This document shows positions 1 to 13,303 of a stretch of 64,000 bases of DNA, in pieces. How positions within the stretch are numbered: the first letter of the stretch is position 1; each line of letters begins with the position of its first letter. The translations under genes and the position numbers were made by a program. The notes beneath the pieces are model-generated. The model did no database searches. It was given only the letters and a program-made list of their open reading frames with translations, and was not told the origin of the DNA. Source of the stretch: Lytechinus pictus (lineage: Eukaryota); the NCBI RefSeq assembly GCF_037042905.1, contig NC_087251.1:16866001-16930000 (forward strand). Reading direction: 5' to 3'.

Positions 1-166
1 ATTTTGAGCCCCCAAAAGAGGGTGGATTTTGTTTGCCATCGGTTACACCACCTCTCCCTGGATCTGCATCAGGGTAAATTCAGTTTTATATATTTCTGAA
101 TACTTATGTATCACGAGAAAGCATATAGTTTTATGTTTTGATATCATGACGTTTGCTTGGTTGCAG

Positions 167-3100
167 ATGAGTTAGGATCTATCCAGCCGCCGAGCAGCCG
201 TAAGATCCCCTGTCAGGTATGTGGTGCGATGTCGTCTGGTCTTCATTTCGGAGTATTCACTTGCGAAGGATGCAAGGTAATCATTTACTGCAAAATATAG
301 GGCCTATCCTATAAATTGTTTCTATCATATATATCATTTTCATCTTTATTATTCTTTGCGCATGTTTCATAATCATTATTGATTTTTAAATCCCCATTGA
401 ATATCAAAATGTCACTTGCCTTATCTTTCTCTCGCTCCTGTCAACATTCCCCTATCACACGGCGTTTAGTTGGCTGCGTGCTTTTCTTTACCGGTAATTA
501 TGAACGTAAACCTATCATCCTGTATTTCTTTATAATTTCTACATAATCATTCTTTTTTTAATATACTACCCATCATACGGCGTTTATTTTGCTGCTATTC
601 TTGAATTATGTACGTTAGCTAATCATCCAATACTTCTTTATCATTTTTATATAATCATTGTTCTTTTTAAATATATTAACCTTGCCTGTATATCAGTTCT
701 CATTATCCTTTATTATTGCACTCAGATTAATTAGATCTATTGAATATTCATTTTTCGGTAGCCACATCTCTAGTAGCTACATCTTTGACTAAAATTTGGT
801 ATCTAAATTACATCATGACTGTTAAAGTTTTCCTCCTCTTGCGACATCATCTTTTCTCTATTCTGAAATTATTTGTTGATTAGATTATCAAGGTTGTGAG
901 GCATAATGGACAGGCGTTCGAAGAAAGGAACCCACCGTTGATCGCACGCATTAGAACAAACGAAATATCATGTAATTTTAATGAACGATAAACACAAGCA
1001 ATTATCCCCTCGATGCATTTCAAATTGCTCACTGCATAACTTTAATACAAACCTGTAAATATTTAATGAATAAGTTTTAGCATCATTGCTCCTCCATTAA
1101 AATCGAACAGATTGACATATCATAGTTCCTGATAGTTCTATATAGGGTAAAGTACAGGGAAAATGTAAAAGTATCTTGGTTTTTTTTAATAGCTCACTTT
1201 TAGATGGCGCATATGGGCTATTCCACGGTTACCCACGTTACATTTGGAGACACCTTGATTCATACTTGGAGCTGTAACTCCATTATTATTGATAGGAACT
1301 AAACATCTCTTTATCACAAGAAAGTACGCAGTCTGACTATCCTTTGTATAAAAAAAAACTTGGGAAATTTTATTATGCTCCTGGCAAATCTTTGAAATGT
1401 GTCGGTTACTCATGTTACATGATTTGGACATGCATTAATGAAAAGTCGACATAAGTGAAAAGTGTCCTCATACAAGGCTTTTTATGAAAGTTGATTATAT
1501 CCATTTCAAAGAAGTATATTAGGGAGACAAACTTTGTATATAATTCAAAAAATAAAGAACACATGGTTTTTACTAGGGGTGCAGATAAAGTGGTTACTCG
1601 CGTTACATTTTGTCCATGTATGGTCAACAACACATGTAAATGTCACTGAAAATTCAATAATGTGTGTAAGATTCATGTTTCTGTTTCTGTAATAATATGA
1701 GTAGGATTTTAGACACCAGTTTATGTTTAAAGGTAATATTCTGAATAAGTTTCCTCCTCTCTTTTACTTATTGGTCAGTTGGTCAGTATATTGGTAATGT
1801 ATTCACTAAACTGTACGAGATCTGGCTTGGGCTGTGTAAATAAAAAAAATGTAAAACAAATGCATGCCATTTCTTGCCTCAAGCCCTCAACATCGATTAT
1901 AAAAGAACCAGCAAAAAGTATAAGTAAGGCAAACACAATTAAAATGAACAGTTCAGATGGGCTATACAGTACAAAGACACATTGAGCTCATGTCCACCAA
2001 CCTATGAAATTGCCCATATTATTATTATTATCATCATTTTAATTGTTGTTGTCATTATTATTCTTGTTGTCTGTTATTGCTTACTGTCTAAAAAAAAATC
2101 GAGTGAATACAATCCACTAGAGTATTAAGAGTGGCTTTTACTTGTGTCTAGTTCATTCTATATTAACTCCATATTGAATATATCTTAATTGACCTCACTA
2201 TCAAAGAGAGAGAAAGGCGAGTGAATCCCCCCGTTTTAGAGTATTGTAATTTTATTCATTGTTTTCAAACTGAGCCCCCCCCCCATTGCAAAACGATCCT
2301 GTTTTTAATGGATGTACTAATGTTTTATAATGGTTGTTTGGTTGCTGGTCATCAGTCAGTCAACAAACAAAGTAAATGAATAAATAAGATATTTTTAAAA
2401 AATCAAGTAAATGGATTAATTGATAAAATAATTGATTGAATACATGAAAAAATAGCGAATGAATAAATGAATGAATAAATCTATTGAATAAGAAGGAAAA
2501 TAAGCTTTATAAAATCGGAAATGGGTAAAACTATTTAACGGATATCTTATGTCGCTATAACGTTAAACGACATTTTGTTTTCTTCTCTTCTTTTTATTCG
2601 TCTTTTACTATTTATTTCCCCTTCTGCTTTCCTTCTTCCACTATTATCCCTTTCCCTTTTTACCGACTCAAATCCAGGGGATGGACCCCACACCCTGATA
2701 TAAATTTAAATCATCCCACCATTATCTCTTAGGAGTGCCCTTTGAAGCAGTATTTGACCCTTTTGACCCTATTTTCGCTCTTTTTCTAATATTTCCACCC
2801 TCTTTCCCCTTTTCCCCCTTCCCCCTCTTTTCACATTTTTTGTTGTTGCCAGGGGCACCTATGGATTCCCCATTTCTTAAAACTGAAATGAGACACACCC
2901 TAAGATGATACCGCGATTAATGATCAAGTAATGATGATTTTTTTTTTCAATATAAATTAGAATAGAATAAAATTGAGAACAGTTTAAGAGGGTTTAAATA
3001 GGCTGACCCGCAGTCAAACGTTAATTTCTAATTTCGACATTTCGAGGTACACATATCATTTTATATTGATCTGTCGCATTTATTTTGTCTGTCAAAAGCT

Positions 3101-6100
3101 ATCGGCTATCGGTAAGAATGACTACCGATCTGGTTTAAATTCCAAGTCAGTGTTAAGCAAGGTTTAAACAACAATTCTTCATAAGATTTATATCTCTTTG
3201 TCTTTATGCTTCAGTTTTTATTGCGCGATTAATGTAATGTAATTATTATTGTTGTTAAAGAAAAATAAAATGCAGAAACTTTATCTCACACCGTTAATTG
3301 ACATGACTCTTATAAAGGCCTGCAAAATCTTCGGCAATTCTTTTATCTGCTAGCAGGCTAGGACGGTGACGGGGTGCTGTGTTGGAGAGAGATATATAAA
3401 CTGTATATAGAGAGAGAGGGAGACAGAGACAGAAAGAAAGATGAAAAATTGGAGAGAAGATGAGTGTATGAGAGCTAGAGGGGGAGAAAGAGATTGAATC
3501 ACATTTTTTCACTTCATAGTAAAACTTCCGTCATATGATTTATGATTTGAGTATACGAAGCATTGACGACACTGCTGCATGCATATGAACAAACTGAAAG
3601 TGAGCTAGTCATACTCAAAAGACGTGTTTATATAATTAAATAAGAAACATCGGTATTGTGTGTGGATGAAGGGGGCAATTTTAATTATGAATACAAATAC
3701 AGAACGTGAAGAATTTGGAATGAGCGTGGCTCGCTCAGAGTCGTGTATGTGAGATGCTAAAATGATGATGGAATGACAACAACATGGTACAATTCAACTT
3801 GAGTTAGAAGATGTTTGGTTGTGTTTTGACACTATACATGAATTAATATATATCTAAAAAAATTCAAAAGTGGTTTGTCAGCTCATTGAATGAAAATTGA
3901 AAAAATAAAGTTGTAAATAATAATAATATTCCTGACTGAACAAGAATTTGAGTCCAATTTTGGAGAAAAAAAAAACAGGTTTCACCTTCCTCATTCAGTA
4001 CTTATTAAGGAAAATACCGAATAATCATTTGAAATATACTTTATATAGGAATTATCATTCTTATTCCCTTTTTAATTAAAAATTCATTTTTTTTACAATT
4101 TCCACTGCTTGGTTAGAATATACAGTGGTGCCAAAAGGTTAGTGAACCCCACAGGAAAATGAAAATATTCAAAGTGTTCAAGTTCTGCCATGTTTTATAT
4201 ATTTAATTGTGAAATCAGGCGATAAAATATTACATTAAAGGTTTGTTTCTCTGAGCTCGCTGAATAGTGTAGCGTTGTTGTCTACATCTAACACTCAACA
4301 TAAATGAGTGCATTTTGTGAAGGGGTTCACTAACATTTTAGCACAACTGTAGACTTCACTGACCTTGCAGAGAGTCCGAACCAGATACTGCAAAAAACAG
4401 AACAAAACATACCCCCCCCCAAAAAAAAAAACGCATTCGAAGTCATTTATATGGTTTATTTGATAAAAGGAATATTTTTTTTTTTTTACCATAAATGTGG
4501 TATCACTGGCTAATAAGGAACACTTGATTCCAAAATGGAGATTCCCTTTCGCATTCTTGTTTTAAATCAAAATTTCTCCTATTTCGTCTAAACCTCTCCC
4601 CTTGATCATTTTTCCAAATGCCGCTATCAACAAAGGGAATATTTTCTATATCTATATATTATTTGCTGCTTATATAGATTCATACACAGGCCTATATTTG
4701 GTTAATTCAATTGACTGACAGATGACATAATTTCTTTTATAATGATATCCCTGCCGGCCATAGGAATCGCCGTGTTCACATGGTATTACATCCATAAAAA
4801 TGGGTTACATTGACTCTATAATAATGCAGCATTGAAAGTTAATTCCCTTGTTAGAACAACCCTCCAAATTTAGACATAAAGCTAGACCTGTTAACCCTTC
4901 AAATTATCTGGAAAATTTTGGTAAATAATATACAAATACATTGGTGCCTTTTCAGTGTTTTTACAGAAGGAGCATCCGAGAAGGGGCGAACTACGCATGT
5001 GCGAAGGAACGAAGCTGCGAAATCACCATGGAAACGCGGAATTCTTGTCGATTTTGCCGATTTCAAAAATGTATTGGTCTTGGAATGTCAAAAGAAGGTA
5101 AATACAAATAAAATCATGAATATTCATTCTACTGAAATGAAAACTGTATTTATGTTTAACAATTGTTTTATCAGCAAAAATTACTACATATATAAATAAT
5201 TATTTTAGAAATCGAAGGGATAAGTGAAGTTAGTACCAATTTCATCATCATTATACAAATTGATAACATACATGACATAAGTGTTAATTTATTGTAATTA
5301 TCATATAATTTATTTGTAGGGGCAGATCCAGGAATTTTTGCAAGAAAGGGGGTGACATTTTTGTTCAGAAAAGATTTTGACAAGGAAAAAAAAGAGAAGG
5401 TATTTACTAGCGTATGCACAACATTTTTCACATCACTTTTTTATGACTCTCATGGGGGGAGGGGGGACGGACGGGCTGGATGTACCCCCTCCTGGATCCG
5501 CCACTGACCCAATCCCACCAATCTTTCCATATTCAATACCTCATCACTCTTATACACTACAATACAATTTTAATCAAAAGTAACCGAGTTTGACCAACGG
5601 TAGTATTCCTTGAACATTCGATGTAAAAATTTGTAACCAATATCAAAACATCGACGGTATATCAATGTAGACTATTTCGCCCAACTATTGGCTAAACTTG
5701 ACCAATAAATTATTTCAATGGTTTGCCAACTTTCCAGAAATAAATGCACAACTTATTGCAGTGTAGAAAAGGGTTGGATAGGAGAAATGACGAGGAAACA
5801 GATAGATAACTAGAGATTGGATATTGAATCAAAATTACAATTGTCTTTTGATGTTATGGCTTACAAAGTTACAATGAGTTTTGACAACAAATAATGTGGA
5901 GAGGAGTTAATTACCCGAAATGCCTTTCGTTTTTTATCTTCTTTGTGCAAGGGAGCGATCAAAAGAAACAGTTTAATTCATTTGTTATATTTTCTTCAGA
6001 TAATGCAGGACGTGGTAAATGCGGTAAATAATCTAAGAATCTGAATAATTGATGAAATTATCCATCGCTTGCTCTATTGAAGGTACTCTCCTCAATCAAA

Positions 6101-7341
6101 GACGTATTATAACATTTCAGATAAAAAAATTTGATATGGCTAATTAGACACGCATTTTACCGCCTTGAACTTCCACTGAGGAGCCCGTTGATTTGTATGC
6201 GTACTAATCATGCTAATGAACTATTAAAGACCATTGTCTACACACAAATGCCGGCTATTATCCTCTATTGTACATGTTGTATACAAAACGTTAATCAAGA
6301 ACGTCACGCATTTATCATCAGACTGTCTTGCGGAGACCATTTGTTCTGATTTTAAGCCAAACCATGAAAATCGCGTTAAATTTCTAGGGCTGAAATATTG
6401 ATTGAGCCCTAATAATGATTTCCGGCAGCAATAGGGAAAAAAAATCACAAAAAATATCCATCAAGACAATGTTTCATATCAAAAGAAAATAGAACGACGA
6501 AATTGGAAAGTAATGTTGGAAGCATGTAAAATAATATTGTTCAGCCATATTTTGTAAAAGGCAATGATAAATGTAATAATAATGACAATAATTATATCAA
6601 TAATCTATAGTACTCGCATCTGTCGGGTTTTGTCAAAGCCGAACCGCCTCAGTAACGTATCCACAATCATAAAGGAACCGACGAACAAGTTACGCGAGAC
6701 TAATTATTTATGAATAAGTGTCTCCCCCTTATTTGTTTACTTTTTTATTTACTACCCTTTCTTGTCATATTGATAATTTGTGAGACTCTCACTGCATATT
6801 CATAGGAGCCTTCAACCAACAAGATTTGTTTTCACTTTTTGCTCCCTTATATCCACATCTCCCATTTTCTTTCTTTGTTATTATTTTAGAACCAATTACA
6901 AGAATGCTTTCTAGTACCTTTTTTATATTGTTTTAATTATATGTATACATTTCATACTTTACAACATATTTCTTATGCTTATTTATGAACATTTGTATCA
7001 TATATCATCATCGGGTAAATATACCTATATCATTATTACTGTTATTATTGTTTGTATTGAGTTATTGATGTTTGAAAATGTGAAATGTTGGAACGAATAA
7101 ACCTTGAACCTCGAGTTGGGGGTTACAAATCTCGGTTAAAAAGAAATCATCCTCTATCCTAAACATACCGGAACGTTCTCATGAGTTAACTTAACGGGTT
7201 ATTTCTTTGTTGAAATATGACACCAAACATTGATCTATACTGTCATGTTCAGAATTATAATCATATACAACCATCACAACTACTAATCTATAATAATAGG
7301 CCAGTATAGGCCTCCTACTGCTGCTACTACTTCTACTACTT

Positions 7342-7375
<34 letters not shown>

Positions 7376-7376
7376 A

Positions 7377-7408
<32 letters not shown>

Positions 7409-7409
7409 A

Positions 7410-7444
<35 letters not shown>

Positions 7445-7536
7445 AACTACAACAACAACTACTACTACTACTACTACTACAACTACTACTATTACTACTA
7501 CTACTACCACCACCGCCACCACCACAACTTCTACAG

Positions 7537-7574
<38 letters not shown>

Positions 7575-7596
7575 GTTACTACTACTGCTACTACTG

Positions 7597-7627
<31 letters not shown>

Positions 7628-7685
7628 CACCTCTACAACTACTACTATTACTACTACGATACTACTACTGCTACTGCTACTACTG

Positions 7686-7769
<84 letters not shown>

Positions 7770-7784
7770 CTGCTACTGCTACTG

Positions 7785-7839
<55 letters not shown>

Positions 7840-7966
7840 CACCACCACCACCACCACCACCTCTACAACTAATGATACTACTGCTACTACTGCTACTACT
7901 ACTACCACCACCACCACCACCTCTACAACTACTACTATTACTACTACTATACTACTACTGCTACTG

Positions 7967-8021
<55 letters not shown>

Positions 8022-8074
8022 TACTACTACTGCTACTACTACTACTACCACTACTACTACTACTTCTACTGCTG

Positions 8075-8133
<59 letters not shown>

Positions 8134-8143
8134 GCTACTACTG

Positions 8144-8223
<80 letters not shown>

Positions 8224-8224
8224 G

Positions 8225-8257
<33 letters not shown>

Positions 8258-11200
8258 GTCCTATACACCAACAACTAAAGTACCACCACTAGTAAGATTC
8301 TCCAATTAATATAAATGTGAATATATTATTAGTGTGGTGATAGTGGCGACGGTGATTTCAGTAGTAGAAGCAGGTGGTAGTGGTTGTAGCAGTAGAAGAA
8401 ATTGTATTATTATCTACTATTTATAATACTACTTTTACTACTGCACCATTCCCAACACCACACTGCTGATATATTCATGTTTATATTCATTGGAACATCT
8501 TTATCATTAATAATGCATTGTGTGTGTGTGTGTTTCATTTCATCCCATAGGTATCAAGTTAGGCCGCCGGCCGAAGGTAGAAAATGAGCCTTTGCAACAT
8601 ATGTGCTACACAAACAGAAGAGACATGGGTTCGATACCCATTGTAGCGGGAAGTCCACGGAGTCTGTCATGGTCCCCAACATTCAACTCGCATATGCCTG
8701 GACACCCGGACTACGTCCAGTCCAACTATAAAGACCTGGATATCGATGCCATGTCCAAGTATGGAATCGGTTTACATAGTGAGGGATGCTATAGCCTGAA
8801 ACACGAGACAATGTCCCAGTGCGACCATTGTAACGAACCGTTCCCAAACCAGTATCCATACTCTGGTGGTCATCATGGTCATGACGATATGGCGAGCTAT
8901 GGACCTATGGATGGGATCGTACCAACTTCGAATATGACGTGGAAGATGGAAGCTACGTATAGCGCTACAAGCTGTGTTCAGAACAACTACTCCATGATGA
9001 CGCGTTCTCCGGGCACGACCACGCCCATCAATTCAACACAAGGGGATGCTTGGCAAGTATCCCAGCAAAGTCCCTCGACCATAAGTGAGGTGTCATCCGA
9101 TGACCAGTGGGACAACGGAGTCAGACCACATTCAGGAACGGCACCGGTGAGCTTGACAATCCCTGAGGTGCAAGCAGGAGCTGTAGCTGCTTTGGCATAT
9201 GCCAACCTTTATAGAGACAAGACGGTAGATCAATCCGAAGACCACAACCAGATGATATCCACAGCTGATAGAGTAGGTGATTCAAACCCTGCGGATATCG
9301 GGCATTCAAAAAGCTATACGGAATTGGTTCCTCGAAGGACAGCTTCTTGTGAGGACAACTATGAATCGGAGTGGCATAGTCAGCGACTAGACCTTCCTCC
9401 AAAATGCCAAGCAGAAAATATAGCCATTAACCATCTTGCGTCATGTAATAATGAACGATCAGATCTTAAAGATCAAAATATTGTTTCTTCTAGAATACAC
9501 ACATCCCGGGAAGAACCTCGTAAACGTGGATTCGCAATGACTCTCCTACCTAGTACCTACATGAAGAGAAAGAAGCATTGGTCAGATGATGAACAATCGG
9601 CAGGTGATGATGATGACGATGATGATGCTGATGAAAATTACGATCATGATGACGACGGAGAAGGAAGCTATGATGAAGAAACAGGAGAAATACAACACGA
9701 TTCTGATAAAAGCAGATTATCGGCAGAGCTCGTTGAGAGATTGATAGGTGCGTTTGTAGATGTGACAAAGAACATGCAACAACTGTGGCAGTACCATCTT
9801 CGCAGCACCTCTTTGGTAAGTCTCTTGGCTTACTGTCACTTAGTTGTTACATCAACTTGACATTGCTATGGCTAGCGTGTGGAAAGGTTGATGGCTAAAC
9901 TAACCGTATTTCAATGATTGAAGGGGAATCGCAAAAAAACTACTGTACTATTGCTATTGCCAAGTATATCCAAACAAGAACAATTTTCTCGCCAATCTTT
10001 CGAATGGTAAACTCTAATAAGATATGGGTTTTCATCTTCTCCTTCAATTACAGGGGATGCAAGCACGTGATAGAGAACGGGGGGGGGGGGGGTCATAGCA
10101 AATTATCCAAGCAAAAAAACTGTTACGGATCAAACTATTCATGCTAACGGGCAATGCATTTTGGCCTTTACACTTTGCATTTGGGGTACTGCAGCGGTAC
10201 TTCTTATTTTGTAGTAGAGGATGTGGGTTTTAATACAAGAAAGATGTATCTATAGTTTATACCATTGCACCAATGACATTTATTATCCCTATAAGATCAT
10301 AATTTCGAATTCGGTGTTATGCGACGCTATTATTGCGCCAACCCTATAACACCAAACGTTCAACACCGATTTTGAAATGACACGATAAGTGTTCAGTTGC
10401 GTGTAGTTTTTTTTTTATTCAAATCGGCATATTTACTCTCCATTACCCTCTCTTATCTTTTATTTATAGGCCTATTATCACTTAGCCCCATTTTTACTTG
10501 ACCCACTGCGATATCGCCTGGCCACCGCTCATTTTGACGCTTGCTTTATGCATAGAGCTATGCTTTATGTGATAATTTTCAATTACCTGTACGATTTTTG
10601 CACGAAAATTTCATCCTTCCTGAATCATGTAAATATCATTAATATCATGGTCCATTCTTTCGAGCTACTAATTGCAGCAATTGAAAAGGCATTTGGTGTT
10701 ATAGTCCTGTGGATTGTCCCGGTGAATTATTCATGCATCCCCAAATAGTATGATTATAATTATTATTTCCTTTTGAGTCGATTATTTTCGTCATGTTCAC
10801 TTTTATATATTCTGAACATTTTAGATTGAAGACAAACTATGTAACAAGGACATGGATACCTTTGTTCAAGAAAAGAGAGACGAAATCCAGAAGATAATTA
10901 CTGGCTATTCCTATAAAGTTTATGGTAAGTACATTATAAAATTATAGCTTTTATATATAAACTTTACACGAAAGAAATGACTGTACTTAAAAAGGATTAT
11001 CAATGGTAAACAACATCCGATAAATTAATATGGTAAGATATATTAAATAGGAACAGAGGGAAGACCTATACTGGGAAAAGGTGCGTCTTTGCAGGGGAAT
11101 TTAATTTCGGGGCGAAACGATGAAAAACTGAATTAATATTTCGGGAGCAAAATTGATATGACCCCCTTTGTGTTTCTCACAAGCCGACATTACGCAATAT

Positions 11201-12265
11201 GAAGTTCTTTGGTCTGTCTGACGCGAAATTTCTGTAGTTGGCCTTCGGAAAAATCTAATTTCGGTAAATTTTTCTGTACTTTTAAATTTATTTTCAAAGG
11301 TAATTTACCTATATCATACTACAACGAGAGAGCATTCCATGTGATATCACGCCTATGCTTGCTACGTGATACCAAACATGAAGAAAATGAGGAGAAATAC
11401 AAGGCTAGAGCAACGCAGAAAGCTGCCGTCCTCTGCGCTCTTTCTATCGTGCCGTCAGGTAGGTTCAAATAACAATCAATTTATCAATTAAAAAACAGTA
11501 ATATTAGTTTTTCATTCATCTGTCTTTGTATCAATCAATGTTTTTATTGTTTATACCTACATCCTAAATGATATTGAAATATTCATCTACTGATCTGCAT
11601 AATTCATTGTTTACATGATTTATTTATTCATTTATTTGTTCACAATTTATTTCAACCTGTAAGCGCTATACCCAGAACACATAGAATTATATTTTACATA
11701 ATGTGGGCCTAACACCAATGACATGAAACTGATGTGAAATGAAGTCGAGGAATAGTTAGAAAAAAATAAACTAATCCTATTTTTGTAAACAAAAAAATAT
11801 TTACATTGAATCCCCAGACCCACATTTGTGCCAAAATTATGGTTTTACATGTTTCATTTTACAGGGGGCGCTGTATCACATCAGCTTTCATCGAGACAAA
11901 AACATTTATACACCGCTCTATTAAACTCTCTCAAAGGTAGGTCATTCAGTGTTATGTTCCGTTAAGCACATTATTATGGGGGAATTCCCATCTTGATTTC
12001 AATCTTCTTGTTCTTCATAATATATTCTCCCTAGTTTTTACTTCCTATTCCTTTTCACCCTTATCCATCCCCCGATTCTTTCTTTTTATCTTGTTTTCTT
12101 TTCATCTATATTTTTCTTTTTCTAAATTTTATTTTATCGCTCCTTCACCTCCCCCATCTTTCCCATTCTTTCTCATTTTTCTTATTCTTTCTATCTGCAT
12201 TAAGGTAAAGAATTTATTCGTTTATTTTTTTGACAGGAAAGCAAAATGGAAACGATGCTATATGA
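167..12265 (+). CDS. Nuclear hormone receptor (NR1-like C4 zinc-finger DBD, long hinge, degenerate/truncated LBD); 5' end lies upstream of the window
   Basis: Exons with AG/GT boundaries and consistent phases: 167-276 ([36 protein letters not shown]), 4956-5097 ([47 protein letters not shown]), 8551-9815 (GIKLGRRPK...[34 protein letters not shown]), 10825-10924 ([33 protein letters not shown]), 11865-11936 ([24 protein letters not shown]), 12237-12265 (GKQNGNDAI*). They join into one open frame of about 572 codons. The two DBD exons are unambiguous; the last three exons are less certain. Confidence 0.88.
4123..4349. mobile_element. Tc1/mariner-type MITE
   Basis: TIRs CAGTGGTGCCAAAAGGTTAGTGAACCCC / GGGGTTCACTAACATTTTAGCACAACTG, with TA on both flanks. 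Confidence 0.8.
5317..5506. mobile_element. hAT-like MITE
   Basis: Imperfect TIRs TAGGGGCAGATCCAGG / CCTGGATCCGCCACTG with subterminal G/C runs, similar to the other hAT-like elements in the window. No clean TSD. Confidence 0.6.
7315..8257. repeat. Long (CTA)n trinucleotide microsatellite with CCA/CTG/CAA variants
   Basis: About 940 bp of ACT/CTA repeats in the nuclear-receptor intron between 5097 and 8551. It generates the poly-V, poly-S, poly-Y and poly-L ORFs in the track. Confidence 0.98.
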
Positions 12266-13303
12266 ACTGAATCCACAGCACTCACGTGAAGACGAATTGA
12301 TAAGCACCGTATCAAGGAATAGGACCATCCACCTCCAATGGGTCAAAGAGAGATTTCCTCACCCCATTTACCCGCTTGTATTTATCTGGAAAAGCTTCTA
12401 TAATTGTGATCATTTATTATTTTTGGGAAGGTATGAAATTGTATGAAATGCAATGCACTTGGCATATTCAAACACGCAGAAAATTAAGTTCTATGATCAT
12501 GTATGCCAGAACTAAAGTTTGTAAATATACAGTTTTTACTCTTGAAAGTGTCCCCCCCCCCCCCCTTTTGAAAGTGAGGACTTTTTTTGCTTGTCAAATT
12601 TTCCGCGGACGAGATGACCTTCAATTTTAGGTAAAAACACAATTATTGACTCGATGTGGAATCTAATGAATATCAATTTGTCCTTTATTTTCTTTGGAAA
12701 ACGATTTAAGTTTTGGAACCGAATACCCAGGTTTCACTACAAGCGCGCACTGAGCTCGAGTAGCCTGCCTGAGACTGAGTTAGATCATGGACCTAGGTCT
12801 GACGTCGCGTCCATGGTAACTTAGATCTAGACCTACGCCTGTTCGCGCTATAGCGCTAGACTACGAATTTAGCGTCTGTTATTGATCGAAGCCAAAGCCA
12901 AAGAGGGGAAAGAAAAGTCAACAAACTGCCGTATTCTTGTCATATTCCATGCCATTTGGTAATTGTGAATGTTGCTGACGGTTACTGATATTTCACAGAT
13001 GGAACTTTACGTGAAATATTCAAATATTTTACAACGATGTTGTTGGCATTATTTACTTCGGTCCCACGTGTGTCATTTGGTGTAATAGATCTATAGATAG
13101 ATCTACTACTTTACTAGAGATTCGTGCATTCATGGTACGTAAATCGCTCGACGCAAAAGAAACGCTGACTTGGCCTGTGTGGTAAACTTATGCCTAAAGG
13201 ATTTGGATGTGGATAGGAGAGAGTACAGACCGGCTACATGTTGTATGTACAGCAAACAACATGCTCTGTGATTTATAACGCTATCATCACTCCAGACTGA
13301 TTC

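Noticed and set aside
4918..5199. 93-aa ORF in the track
   Set aside because: Wrong frame; the real exon 4956-5097 encodes the second zinc finger in another frame.
7283..8274. Poly-Val, poly-Ser and poly-Tyr ORFs of 115-206 aa
   Set aside because: They are translations of the (CTA)n microsatellite inside an intron.
12246..12446. 66-aa [14 protein letters not shown]... as the continuation of the receptor LBD
   Set aside because: It needs a phase-0 junction at 12237, but the preceding exon ends in phase 1 and the peptide has no LBD motif. It remains possible only through an unseen splice.
12786..12815. Third CATGG micro-palindrome (CATGGAC...GTCCATG)
   Set aside because: The flanks (GTTAGAT / GTAACTT) do not form a convincing target duplication.
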